A stretch of DNA of 64,000 nucleotides from Parvibaculaceae bacterium (GCA_965216825.1 OZ244201.1:492629-556628); one strand, 5' to 3'. Positions 18,340 through 26,997 are shown, numbered from the stretch's first letter. The notes: a model not told the origin generated them from the letters alone. A program made the numbers and translations.

Positions 18340-19257
18340 ATGTCCGCAGATCCCATCGACCACGTGATCGACCTGTTGAAGAAGAACGCCGTCGGGCAGG
18401 CAGGCTTCTCTCTGGAGGAACGCCGCGCCGCAATGGACGCCATGGCCGAGGCGTTCGGCGGGCCGCAGGGCGTGGACCGCGAGAAGAGCGAACTTGCCGG
18501 ACGGCCCGCCCAGGTTTTCAAGCCGGAAGGGAGCGATCCCGAACATGTGCTGCTCTATTTTCACGGCGGCGGATATGTCATGGGCTCACCCGACTCGCAC
18601 GCCAACCTGACGGCGCGTCTCGCGGTAACGGCGGATGCGAAGGTCGTGAGCTTCGACTACCGCCTGGCGCCGGAAAATCCTTTCCCGGCTGCTGTCGAGG
18701 ACGGCGTCGCCGCCTACCGCGCCCTGCTCGGGCAAGGGGTGGCGCCGGCGAAGCTCGCCGTCGGCGGCGACTCCGCGGGCGGAGGGCTCACCTTCGCGAC
18801 CCTGATCAAGGCACGCGGTGAAGGCCTGCCCATGCCCGCAGCCGCCATCGGTCTCAGCCCCTGGACCGACCTGACCGGCAATTCGGCGACCTACAAGAGC
18901 CGCGCCGCAGCCGATCCGATGATCGAGCCCGGCGCCATTGTCGAGACGGCAAAGGAGTATCTCGGTACGGCGCAAGCGTCGGACCCGCTTGCCTCGCCGC
19001 TCTTTGCCGACCTTGCCGGTCTGCCGCCGACCCTCATACAGGTGGGCGATGCGGAAGTGCTGCTCGATGACAGCCGCGAGTTCGAGAAACGGGCCCGGGC
19101 GGCGGGCGTGGACTGCAATCTGGAAGTCTGGGACCGGATGATCCATGTCTGGCAGGCGTTCTTCCCGATGCTGCCGGAGGGCGACGAAGCGATAGAGCGA
19201 ATCGCCGCCTACCTGAAATTGCGGTGGCGCCAGGAGGCGACCGCACAGGCGATCTGA
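18340..19257 (+). CDS. alpha/beta hydrolase, hormone-sensitive-lipase-like esterase
   Basis: HGGGYVMGS oxyanion motif and GDSAGGGL nucleophile elbow. The ATG at 18340 follows GGGGAGGA. Confidence 0.85.
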   Translation: MSADPIDHVIDLLKKNAVGQAGFSLEERRAAMDAMAEAFGGPQGVDREKSELAGRPAQVFKPEGSDPEHVLLYFHGGGYVMGSPDSHANLTARLAVTADAKVVSFDYRLAPENPFPAAVEDGVAAYRALLGQGVAPAKLAVGGDSAGGGLTFATLIKARGEGLPMPAAAIGLSPWTDLTGNSATYKSRAAADPMIEPGAIVETAKEYLGTAQASDPLASPLFADLAGLPPTLIQVGDAEVLLDDSREFEKRARAAGVDCNLEVWDRMIHVWQAFFPMLPEGDEAIERIAAYLKLRWRQEATAQAI

Positions 19258-19312
19258 CCGAGGGGCGCAAAAACGACCGTATACTGCGCGTATTGTCGCA
19301 GCGACGGCGCAC

Positions 19313-19326
19313 TTGATCTTGGTCAA
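19313..19326. promoter_or_regulatory. FNR/FixK-type box TTGATCTTGGTCAA (TTGA-N6-TCAA)
   Basis: A perfect TTGA-N6-TCAA dyad about 110 nt upstream of the ompW start. Confidence 0.55.
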
Positions 19327-19435
19327 ACATTTGTTAGCCCTGATGGTCTAATTTTAATCAACAGCCGCCGTGAAGGGACTCGCGCCGGCGTGATGAAAAG
19401 CTTCACTGCGAAGCTTGGAAGACGAGGAGTTAGCA

Positions 19436-20080
19436 ATGAAATCGATTGGGGCTGCCACCCGGACCTTGGCGGTTGCCGCCGGGGTGGTCATGGGGACATT
19501 CGGATTTTTCGCGGCCGTTGAAACGGCCAGCGCGGCAGAGGGCGACAGCCCGTGGCTCGTGCGCGTTCGCGGCATTTATGTGTCGCCTGACGAAAGCGCA
19601 ACGGTGACCGGTCTCGCCGGAACGGTGGATGCGGACGGTGCGCTGGTGCCGGAACTCGACATCACCTATTTCTTCACGGACAACATTGCGGCCGAGTTGA
19701 TCCTTGCAACGTCGAACCACGACATGTCGGCAACGGCCGGCGTGGATCTGGGTGACGTGTGGATCCTGCCGCCGACCCTGACCCTTCAGTATCACTTCAT
19801 GCCGAACGGCCAGTTCCGTCCGTATGTGGGTGCCGGCATCAACTACACGATCTTCTATGGCGAAGACACCGGCGCAGTGGCCAGCATCGACTATGAAGAC
19901 GGCTTCGGCTACGCCCTGCAGGCCGGGATGGACTACGATCTGGGCAACCAGTGGGTGTTCAACATCGACGTGAAGAAGCTGTGGCTGAACACGGATGTCA
20001 GCATCAATGGCGGCGCGATTACCGCTGATGTCGATCTCGATCCGTGGATCTTCGGCGCGGGCTTCGGCTATCGCTTCTGA
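19436..20080 (+). CDS. ompW: OmpW-family outer membrane protein
   Basis: Signal peptide, then WLVRVRGIYVSPDE..ELILATSNHD..PYVGAGINYTIFY..GAGFGYRF, with a C-terminal aromatic residue. The ATG at 19436 follows GAGGAG. Confidence 0.85.
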   Translation: MKSIGAATRTLAVAAGVVMGTFGFFAAVETASAAEGDSPWLVRVRGIYVSPDESATVTGLAGTVDADGALVPELDITYFFTDNIAAELILATSNHDMSATAGVDLGDVWILPPTLTLQYHFMPNGQFRPYVGAGINYTIFYGEDTGAVASIDYEDGFGYALQAGMDYDLGNQWVFNIDVKKLWLNTDVSINGGAITADVDLDPWIFGAGFGYRF

Positions 20081-20120
20081 TATCTTCTGATATCTGGCGA
20101 ACGATCAATTCAACAAAGAA

Positions 20121-20151
20121 CCCGGCAGGCGTCAGGCCTGCCGGGTTTTTT
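20121..20151 (+). terminator. Rho-independent terminator between convergent genes
   Basis: 10-bp stem CCCGGCAGGC/GCCTGCCGGG with a 5-nt loop, followed by TTTTTT. Confidence 0.8.
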
Positions 20152-20155
20152 CATG

Positions 20156-21211
20156 TCAGCTGCGCCAGCGCAGCGTGACCGGTTCGATCGGATTGACGAA
20201 CTCCGTGCCGTCCTCCACCGACTTTCCCCATTCCGTTTTGAGCCGGTGATACCATTTCGCCTGTATGTCGCTGTCATTGATGAGCATCAGGCGCGGCTCG
20301 AACTTGAGCCCTTCCTGCTGCAGATTGACCATGTCCCGGTCCTGGCCCAGGAAGGAGCGCATGAAGAGGCGCGCGACGGGTTTGATGATGCTCAGGAACG
20401 GCATCGTCCAGTAGAAGGTCTGGGTAATTTCCGTGTGGTTTTCGTCCACCGGCGTCACGGCGGTGAGCCCGCAGACCGTGTGCTTGCCCGCCCGGATCGT
20501 TTCGATCCGGATGCCGGGAAGCTGAAATGAGATTTCCGTCACCGGCTTGCCGCCCAGGATTTTGTAGGCACCGGAATTCTTCGACGGGGCATGTGCGACC
20601 ATCGTGAAGCCGCGCGGATTGGGGGCGAAGTCCTTCGCCTTCTCATGGATCGACTTGCTCGACCGCCACCACCAGGAGCGGTGGACGAAGGGACCGTGGG
20701 CCGGGTCCATGAGACCGATCACCGCATGATCGATATGGCACGAAAAATTCATCGCTTCGCGCAGGCGTGGGGCTTGCGTTGTGAAATAGGGCACCTCCGG
20801 CGGATCGATGGCGGGCGGCACGTCGGCGGCGGCATCGCTCGCCATGTAGATCCAGATATTGCCCTGCACCTCGCGCACCGGATAGGCGCGCACGCGAATG
20901 CGTTCGACTTCCATTTCCTGTCCGGGAACCAGCGAGGGGATTTCGGCGCAGCGTCCGTCCGTGCGGAACTTCCAGCCATGATAGGGGCATTCCAGCGCGG
21001 TCGCGTTGCAGCCGCTCGCCTGCGGCGAAAACATCTTGCCAGCGGAAAGCGGAACGCCGCGATGGGGACAGATATCGCGCAGCGCAAACGGCGTTCCGTC
21101 TGCCTCGCGGCCGATCACCACTGGCTCGCCCAGAAAAACCTTGTGCATCATCGCACCGGGTTTGAGCGCTTCTCCCGGAACGGCGAAATACCAGATATTG
21201 CGTAAGAACAT
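20156..21211 (-). CDS. Rieske [2Fe-2S] non-heme-iron oxygenase, alpha-subunit/PaO-like
   Basis: Rieske motifs CPHRGVPLSAGK and CPYHGWKF. The ATG at 21211 (MFLRNIWYFAV) was chosen; the track ORF starts at 21280. Confidence 0.8.
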   Translation of the reverse strand: MFLRNIWYFAVPGEALKPGAMMHKVFLGEPVVIGREADGTPFALRDICPHRGVPLSAGKMFSPQASGCNATALECPYHGWKFRTDGRCAEIPSLVPGQEMEVERIRVRAYPVREVQGNIWIYMASDAAADVPPAIDPPEVPYFTTQAPRLREAMNFSCHIDHAVIGLMDPAHGPFVHRSWWWRSSKSIHEKAKDFAPNPRGFTMVAHAPSKNSGAYKILGGKPVTEISFQLPGIRIETIRAGKHTVCGLTAVTPVDENHTEITQTFYWTMPFLSIIKPVARLFMRSFLGQDRDMVNLQQEGLKFEPRLMLINDSDIQAKWYHRLKTEWGKSVEDGTEFVNPIEPVTLRWRS

Positions 21212-21391
21212 ATGCCCCTTGGCCTTTTTCGACGCGCCGACACCCCCGTCCCAAAATGCGAAAAAATACAGTTTTGTCAATGTTTTAGCTTAAAGCGCCT
21301 TTTCAATTTCCGTTAACACCCGGCGCCTAGCGTGAAGCACAGCCGGGACAGTTTGGACCGGTCCGGTCACCCGGTAGAAGGAGTTAGAGTG

Positions 21392-22150
21392 ATGGCCACG
21401 GAAATGTGCGTTCTCGCATTTGCAGCGCAGAAGGGCGGCGTCGGCAAGACCACACTTGCCGGCCATATTGCGGTCGCCGCGCATCTGGCCGGGGTTGGTC
21501 CGGTCGGTATCATCGACACCGATCCGCAGGGAAGCCTGCGCAAATGGCTGGAGGTTCGCTCGATTGAAGGGCTGAGCGAATTTTCCGCCGAGCATGGCGG
21601 CTTCGGCCCGGCCCTGCGCGAGGCAGCCGCTGCGGGCATGAAGCTGGTCATCGTCGATACGCCGCCTGCCGTGACCCGGGCCATTTCCGATGTGGTCGCG
21701 CATGCCGACCTGGTCGTGGTGCCGACCCGCCCCAGCCCGCACGACCTGCGGGCCGTCGGCCCTACCGTCGATATTGCGGAATGGCATGAAAAGCCGCTCG
21801 TCTTCGTCATCAACGGCGCCACCGCCCGCACGCGCATCACCGCGGATGCCGCCGTCGCCCTGTCGCAGCACGGGACCGTCGCCCCGGTCACGCTGCATCA
21901 TCGTGTCGATTTCGCGGCCAGCATGATCGACGGGCGCACGGTGATGGAAGCAAAGCCGGACGGGCGGAGCGCCGGCGAAGTCGAAGGTCTGTGGGCCTAT
22001 CTGGCAGACCGGATTGTCCGTCTCCAGCCGGGCGAGGGTGCCGCGGCACAGGGGCCCGCCCACGGTGATGTTTTTAGTGCCGCCGTTCCCTCGAACATGA
22101 ATGCGCTCGGTCAGCGGGCCCCCGCGTTCGGACGCCGCGCCGGCCATTGA
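21392..22150 (+). CDS. ParA/Soj-family P-loop ATPase (orphan)
   Basis: Deviant Walker A AAQKGGVGKTT and the IVDTPP motif. The ATG at 21392 follows GAAGGAG. Confidence 0.8.
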   Translation: MATEMCVLAFAAQKGGVGKTTLAGHIAVAAHLAGVGPVGIIDTDPQGSLRKWLEVRSIEGLSEFSAEHGGFGPALREAAAAGMKLVIVDTPPAVTRAISDVVAHADLVVVPTRPSPHDLRAVGPTVDIAEWHEKPLVFVINGATARTRITADAAVALSQHGTVAPVTLHHRVDFAASMIDGRTVMEAKPDGRSAGEVEGLWAYLADRIVRLQPGEGAAAQGPAHGDVFSAAVPSNMNALGQRAPAFGRRAGH

Positions 22151-22203
22151 CGGCCAGGCAGCGGTCCGAACGAGAACGATTGAAGAAAGAGACAGAGGCA
22201 CCG

Positions 22204-22704
22204 ATGAGCGATCAGCACAGATCAAGCCGCCCCGCGCGGCCGGCCGGCGGTTTTGCATCCCTGACGTCAGACCTGCTGGAGAGGCGCGTTGCCGCCCCGC
22301 CGCCCCATAGCGACGAAGAGACGGAGTGGGCGCTGAAGGAGACACCCAGCGCGCCCGCCGGACCGGCGGCGCTGCGCACCCGTGTTTTCGGAAAGCTGGG
22401 CCGACCCAAGCTCAACGCCCATGAGCCGGGACCCGGACGCCGCCTGCATACCAATGGGGGTGAAACTGGCCCAAAGGTGTATGACGGCCCGGAGCGGCGC
22501 AAGTGCAATGTGAGTCCCGTCATCGAACGCCGTCAGGGAATGCCCGCGCGCGTGAAAGTCTCTGTCCGTCTGGAACCAGATCGCCATGATCGTCTGAAGA
22601 CAGCGGGCATTCTTCTGGACCGGACGCATCAGGACCTGATGACCGCGGCGCTGGATCTGTACCTGGACAATCTGAATGTCCCCCGGACTTTCCCGCCCCG
22701 ATGA
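22204..22704 (+). CDS. ParG-like partner: disordered basic/Pro-rich N-terminus plus a C-terminal ribbon-helix-helix
   Basis: The C-terminus VKVSVRLEPDRHDRLKTAGILLDRTHQDLMTAALDLYLD fits a CopG/RHH pattern. It lies immediately downstream of the ParA-like gene. The start could be 22147 or 22204. Confidence 0.5.
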   Translation: MSDQHRSSRPARPAGGFASLTSDLLERRVAAPPPHSDEETEWALKETPSAPAGPAALRTRVFGKLGRPKLNAHEPGPGRRLHTNGGETGPKVYDGPERRKCNVSPVIERRQGMPARVKVSVRLEPDRHDRLKTAGILLDRTHQDLMTAALDLYLDNLNVPRTFPPR

Positions 22705-22943
22705 GACACGCCTTTCGATCTGGGCGGGAGCGTCCGATACGGTTTCACAAATGAAAAAACGAGTGACTGCAAATCAACCGCCGAATTTCTGTAAATTCTA
22801 GTGGCGCGTTGCTTGTCTTTGTTTCAATTGCTATAAGTCACCGGCATTTAATTGGCCTGCTAATGATAATGAAGATGTCGTTCTAGCCAATATTCACGCA
22901 GAAACAAAAGTTGCAGAAGTCCAAGTTTAGCGGAGCGCGTTCA

Positions 22944-23366
22944 ATGTACGACAAGGCGGATCTGGTGGAGATGACCGCCGAGATTGTGTCAGCCTATGTA
23001 GGGAACAATAAGGTCGATGTGGCTGAGGTTCCCGCATTGATTGAGACGATTTTCCATGCGCTGATCGCTGTGGGCGGCGACACCGCGTCCGCCAGGGCGC
23101 CAAGCGCCGAACCGGCCGTGCCGGTGAAGCAGTCGATCACGCCGGACTATCTGATCTGCCTGGAAGACGGAAAGCACTTCAAGTCGCTCAAGCGTCATCT
23201 GCGCACGCATTACAACCTGTCGCCGGAGGAATACCGGCGCAAATGGGGCCTGCCGGCCGATTACCCGATGGTCGCGCCGAACTATGCCGAAGCGCGCTCG
23301 AAACTGGCCAAGAAGATGGGTCTCGGCCAGAAAGCCGGGTCCGGCCGTCCGTCGAAGCGCCGCTGA
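22944..23366 (+). CDS. mucR: MucR/Ros-family zinc-finger transcriptional regulator
   Basis: DLVEMTAEIVSAYV..PDYLICLEDGKHFKSLKRHLRTHYNLSPEEYRRKWGLPADYPMVAPNYA is the hallmark Ros/MucR sequence. Confidence 0.9.
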   Translation: MYDKADLVEMTAEIVSAYVGNNKVDVAEVPALIETIFHALIAVGGDTASARAPSAEPAVPVKQSITPDYLICLEDGKHFKSLKRHLRTHYNLSPEEYRRKWGLPADYPMVAPNYAEARSKLAKKMGLGQKAGSGRPSKRR

Positions 23367-23529
23367 ACGGCCTTATGCCGCGTTCTGCGCCACGTCGCTT
23401 TTCCTGACAGGCTTGCCTTGCAGGGGCGGGACCGGCAAGCTTCCCGGTATTGCGGTTCGCAACGGACGGCATGGCGCCGCCCGTCTGCTTGCGCAGATGC
23501 GAAACAAATCTCGGGACGGAAGCTGGAAA

Positions 23530-23973
23530 ATGATGCGCCTAATGTTTGCAGCCCTTTGTCTCACGGCAATCGCGATGGGGCCGGTTGTCGCCGCGGACAA
23601 TGCGACACTTTCGGGCGGCAGCAAGTCCATCGGTGTCGGCGACCGCGCGACCTTTCCCGTTCAAACCCGGTCCGACCGCTCGACCGAATTCAGCGCGTCG
23701 TGCGAACTGAAATCCGCCGGCTCGGCCAGTGTTCTGTTCGACGGCCGCCATTACATCCCGCTGTCCGAACCGGCCGTCGGCGATGTGATCTCGTTCAATG
23801 GCGCGGGCACACGGCGCTTCGACCTCACGGGAACCTTCGAGGCGAACAACGGCGATGCCGAGATCAGTTTCTTCTTTGCCAACGTGCCGGTGGCGTTCTG
23901 CTTCGGCGGTGGCGACTGCGCCAGCGTCGAAGAGGCAAGCCCCAGCGTGTCGGTAACATGCCGCCAGAATTGA
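23530..23973 (+). CDS. secreted hypothetical protein (147 aa)
   Basis: Signal peptide MMRLMFAALCLTAIAMGPVVAA followed by a beta-rich Cys-containing domain. The longer track ORF from 23284 overlaps mucR and was discarded. Confidence 0.55.
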   Translation: MMRLMFAALCLTAIAMGPVVAADNATLSGGSKSIGVGDRATFPVQTRSDRSTEFSASCELKSAGSASVLFDGRHYIPLSEPAVGDVISFNGAGTRRFDLTGTFEANNGDAEISFFFANVPVAFCFGGGDCASVEEASPSVSVTCRQN

Positions 23974-24019
23974 GCCGGGTAGCCGCGCAGGTCCGGGGCA
24001 CCGGCATCACAGGGCCGGA

Positions 24020-25960
24020 ATGAATCCGCACACGAAACAGAATATCCTGATCGGTGCGGCAGGCGCCGTGCTGATTCTGGCCGCGGCGGTCCTGGGCTGG
24101 TTCGTTTTTGCACCGGATCGACAAACGCCGCCGCCGGTCTTTGTGGCGGAGCTGGACTCGCCGGCGACGGCGCGCCTCGACCGCGACATGCATGATGCGC
24201 TGAGGCTGCTCGACAGTCTGGAACGCGCCGGTCCGGAAGCCGAGCCGCCCTGCCAGCGATGCACTTATCTTGCGCAGACGGCAGGGGAGTACCGCCAGCT
24301 TGCGGAAGCGGCGCTTGGCGGTATCCGGCAGATCGAACGCCGCCTGTCGCGGCAGGCGGAAACGCCCGGCGACAGGCTGCCGGCAGCGGAACGGGTAACG
24401 CTTGAGCGGCGCCTGGCGGCACGGCAGCGGGCCGCCGCGCGGGCGGTTGCGGGACTGGGAAGTTTTTCGGAAGCGGTGGCGGAATGCCGCGCGGAACGTC
24501 TCTGCCGGACCGATGACGCGGAAAGGGCGGCGGACACCCGGCCTTTCGATTGCGCGCGCGACGGCGGCCTGGTGCGCCGCGCCGCCGAGCGCATCGATCT
24601 GCTCGCGGAACGGATCATCGATCATGCGCGCAGCTGCCAGACCATGTCCTGCCCAGTCATGGATTGCACGCGCTCGGCAGACCTGGCTGCCGATCTGAGG
24701 ATCGCGGAAATGTCGCTCGCCGAACTGACCGGCGGCCGCACGGCCTGGCCCGGCGGCGGCCCGCTTGCGCCCGGCTCCGGTCTCGCCACCGTCATGGGCG
24801 GCGTCGAACGGGCACTGGTCGGGCTCGCCGTGGCCTCGGGCGAGGCCGCCCTGCCGGCCGAGGAGGTGGCGGCGCGGGCCCGCGATGTGCGCAGCGGTCT
24901 TGCGACCTGGATGGCGGAGACCGAACGGCGCAAGGGCGTGCAGAAGGAAACCTGGCGGGTCAGCGCCCTGATCGCGGAGATCGACGTGGCCGCGGAGTGG
25001 GCGACGCGCGCCGGCGCACCGGAATATGAGAAGGCGTTTTTCGAAGCGCTCTCGCGCGCCATGCTGAGCGCGGCCCGGCTGGACGCGGCGCTGGCGACGG
25101 GCGAAGAGCAGGCGCAGCGAGCGGCCCGCCCCGGTCCTGTGTGCGGGGTGAGCGGACTGGCGCAGGCCTATCTCAAGATCGGCGATGCCATCGCCGCGCT
25201 CGGTTTTTGCCGCGCGAAAGCCGCCTGCCCGGCGGCGGGTGCATCTGCGATGCGTCCGCCGCGTTCCGCCAGCGATGCGGCCATCGGCGCCTTTGCCGCG
25301 GTAACCGGGGCCTTGCCGCTGGAACCCGAGCGGGCGGACGATGCCGGCGTGCGCCAGTCACGGCCGCCGGAAATCACCCTCAACCGCCAGAGCTTTATGA
25401 GCGGCGAAGTGGTGCGCGTGGCGGCCAATACCGCGCCGTCCGCCTGCCTTGCCAATGACGGTGCAATCGGGCTGGCGCCTGCCGCCGCGCCATTGGGCCG
25501 GGAGCAGCGCTATCAGCTTTCAGGCAATGCACAGTCGGAAGTCCTGCTGGCGGCGCCCGTCGATCCGGGGCTCTACAAGGTGCGGGTCTTCGCCGCGCCG
25601 GAACGCGGCGGCCAGTTGCTGAGTCAGCACGACCTGCGGGTCGAGGCATTGCCGCCCGGTTGCACAGGGTTCACGGGGGCGTGGGAGACGCAGTTCGGCG
25701 AGCTGCGCCTGGTCGAGCGCGGCGGCACTGTATCCGGCAGCTACCGGCGCACGCGCAGCGCGCCGTTGCCCGGGCTCCTGCTCGGGGACGTGTCGGGACG
25801 TACCTTGACGGGCACATGGCTGTCAGAACTCGGCCGGGGCGGAACACGGCTCCGCCTGTCGGAAAGCGGCAATCGCTTCCGGGGGACGTGGGGCGTTACG
25901 CCGGACCGTCTGGACGGCGGCGGACGCTGGGACGGGGACTGTCTCGGCGGTCTGCACTAG
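24020..25960 (+). CDS. large membrane-anchored hypothetical protein (646 aa)
   Basis: One N-terminal TM helix (ILIGAAGAVLILAAAVLGWFVF), a long Ala/Glu/Arg-rich helical region, and a C-terminal beta-type region with repeated G.W..G..L motifs. No family was recognised. Confidence 0.6.
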   Translation: MNPHTKQNILIGAAGAVLILAAAVLGWFVFAPDRQTPPPVFVAELDSPATARLDRDMHDALRLLDSLERAGPEAEPPCQRCTYLAQTAGEYRQLAEAALGGIRQIERRLSRQAETPGDRLPAAERVTLERRLAARQRAAARAVAGLGSFSEAVAECRAERLCRTDDAERAADTRPFDCARDGGLVRRAAERIDLLAERIIDHARSCQTMSCPVMDCTRSADLAADLRIAEMSLAELTGGRTAWPGGGPLAPGSGLATVMGGVERALVGLAVASGEAALPAEEVAARARDVRSGLATWMAETERRKGVQKETWRVSALIAEIDVAAEWATRAGAPEYEKAFFEALSRAMLSAARLDAALATGEEQAQRAARPGPVCGVSGLAQAYLKIGDAIAALGFCRAKAACPAAGASAMRPPRSASDAAIGAFAAVTGALPLEPERADDAGVRQSRPPEITLNRQSFMSGEVVRVAANTAPSACLANDGAIGLAPAAAPLGREQRYQLSGNAQSEVLLAAPVDPGLYKVRVFAAPERGGQLLSQHDLRVEALPPGCTGFTGAWETQFGELRLVERGGTVSGSYRRTRSAPLPGLLLGDVSGRTLTGTWLSELGRGGTRLRLSESGNRFRGTWGVTPDRLDGGGRWDGDCLGGLH

Positions 25961-26257
25961 CGGCAAGCCGCGCCGCAATCTGCGAGAGTGCCGCGGCATG
26001 GACCGCCGGCGAATGGGCCCAGTGGTTCGCGCTTTTCAGGCGGATCTGTGCGCGCAGCCGCGCGCACAGGCACTCAAAGGGGAGAGGAACGGCCGGCGCC
26101 GTCTTTGCCCCGGCGCGCACCCATCTCCGCCAGGCCCGGCGGCTGGCGGCGGCGAGCGCGGACAATTCCGGGTCTGTTGGAGGCATGCCGGTCATCCGGC
26201 AAGTATGCGTGCACCCGGGCCGGTGGGGAGTAGTTTACAGGATACGCAAAACGCAAA

Positions 26258-26830
26258 TCAGTAATAACGGACCGACATGACGATCGGCGCGCACCACTGT
26301 ACCCGGTCGACATAGCGGACATCCGCTTGCGGGCCGATGGGAACCAGGCCGTAACGCGGGCCGCTTTTCGGTCCGCGGATGAGGCGTCGGAGAAACAGCT
26401 TCCCCCCTTTCAGGCCGACGAAACAGTCCCGGTCGAGGGCTGCCGAAAGGTCGCCATCGTCCATCCGGTCCCCGATCAGGATATCGCCGGCGGCGTAGGC
26501 GCCGAGTGCCTGCTGGAGCCGTGCGGCGACCGGGCGGGCGGCGGGGACATGGAGCTTGAAGCCTGCGCTTTGGTGTATTTTCTGGTCAGTGACGGTTCCG
26601 TCCGCACCGATGCGCCCGAGCATTTCGATGCGCTCCGGTGACGGCTCGTCGATCAGGTCCGACATCTGAACCTGCAGGATTTCGGCAAGCGGTTCCAGCC
26701 AGTCGACCGACACCTTGATGCCCTCCGTTTCCAGCCGGGAAATAGTCGCAGCGGTCGTTCCGAGACTCTCGGCGAGGTCGGTCTGTGTCAGGCCCTTCAG
26801 CCGTCGGTAGTGGCGAATTCTGTTTCTCAC
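26258..26830 (-). CDS. XRE-family HTH regulator with a cI/LexA (S24)-like C-terminal domain
   Basis: N-terminal HTH IRHYRRLKGLTQTDLAESLGTTAATISRLETEG. The C-terminal part AGDILIGDRM..CFVGLKGGKLFLRRLI..LVPIGP resembles the S24 fold, but no G-S-M Ser motif is evident and Arg sits where the Lys is expected. Confidence 0.7.
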   Translation of the reverse strand: MRNRIRHYRRLKGLTQTDLAESLGTTAATISRLETEGIKVSVDWLEPLAEILQVQMSDLIDEPSPERIEMLGRIGADGTVTDQKIHQSAGFKLHVPAARPVAARLQQALGAYAAGDILIGDRMDDGDLSAALDRDCFVGLKGGKLFLRRLIRGPKSGPRYGLVPIGPQADVRYVDRVQWCAPIVMSVRYY

Positions 26831-26997
26831 GATCCTTGTCTCTCAATTGCATCGCTGCCGTGCAGTTTACGCCGGGGTCTCGAAAATATTACATAAAACG
26901 TAAATTTTATTCCCGGGGTTCTGCTTTGCGCTTATATGTAGGGTCTGTCCCAGATCGAAGGCTCGCGGCCGCAACCGAGGCCGCACAGGAGGTGAGA

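Noticed and set aside
16906-18564. 552-aa minus-strand ORF
   Set aside because: Antisense to the SulP transporter and esterase genes. His/Arg/Gly/Asp-rich junk composition.
22861-22872. Fur-box-like TAATGATAATGA upstream of mucR
   Set aside because: Only about half of the 19-bp Fur consensus matches and the second arm is missing. It is more likely just part of the AT-rich leader.
25896-26195. 99-aa minus-strand ORF called as a gene
   Set aside because: It lacks an RBS and a credible N-terminus, and its 3' part overlaps the convergent 646-aa gene with junk composition. I kept it only as a possible gene remnant (see findings).
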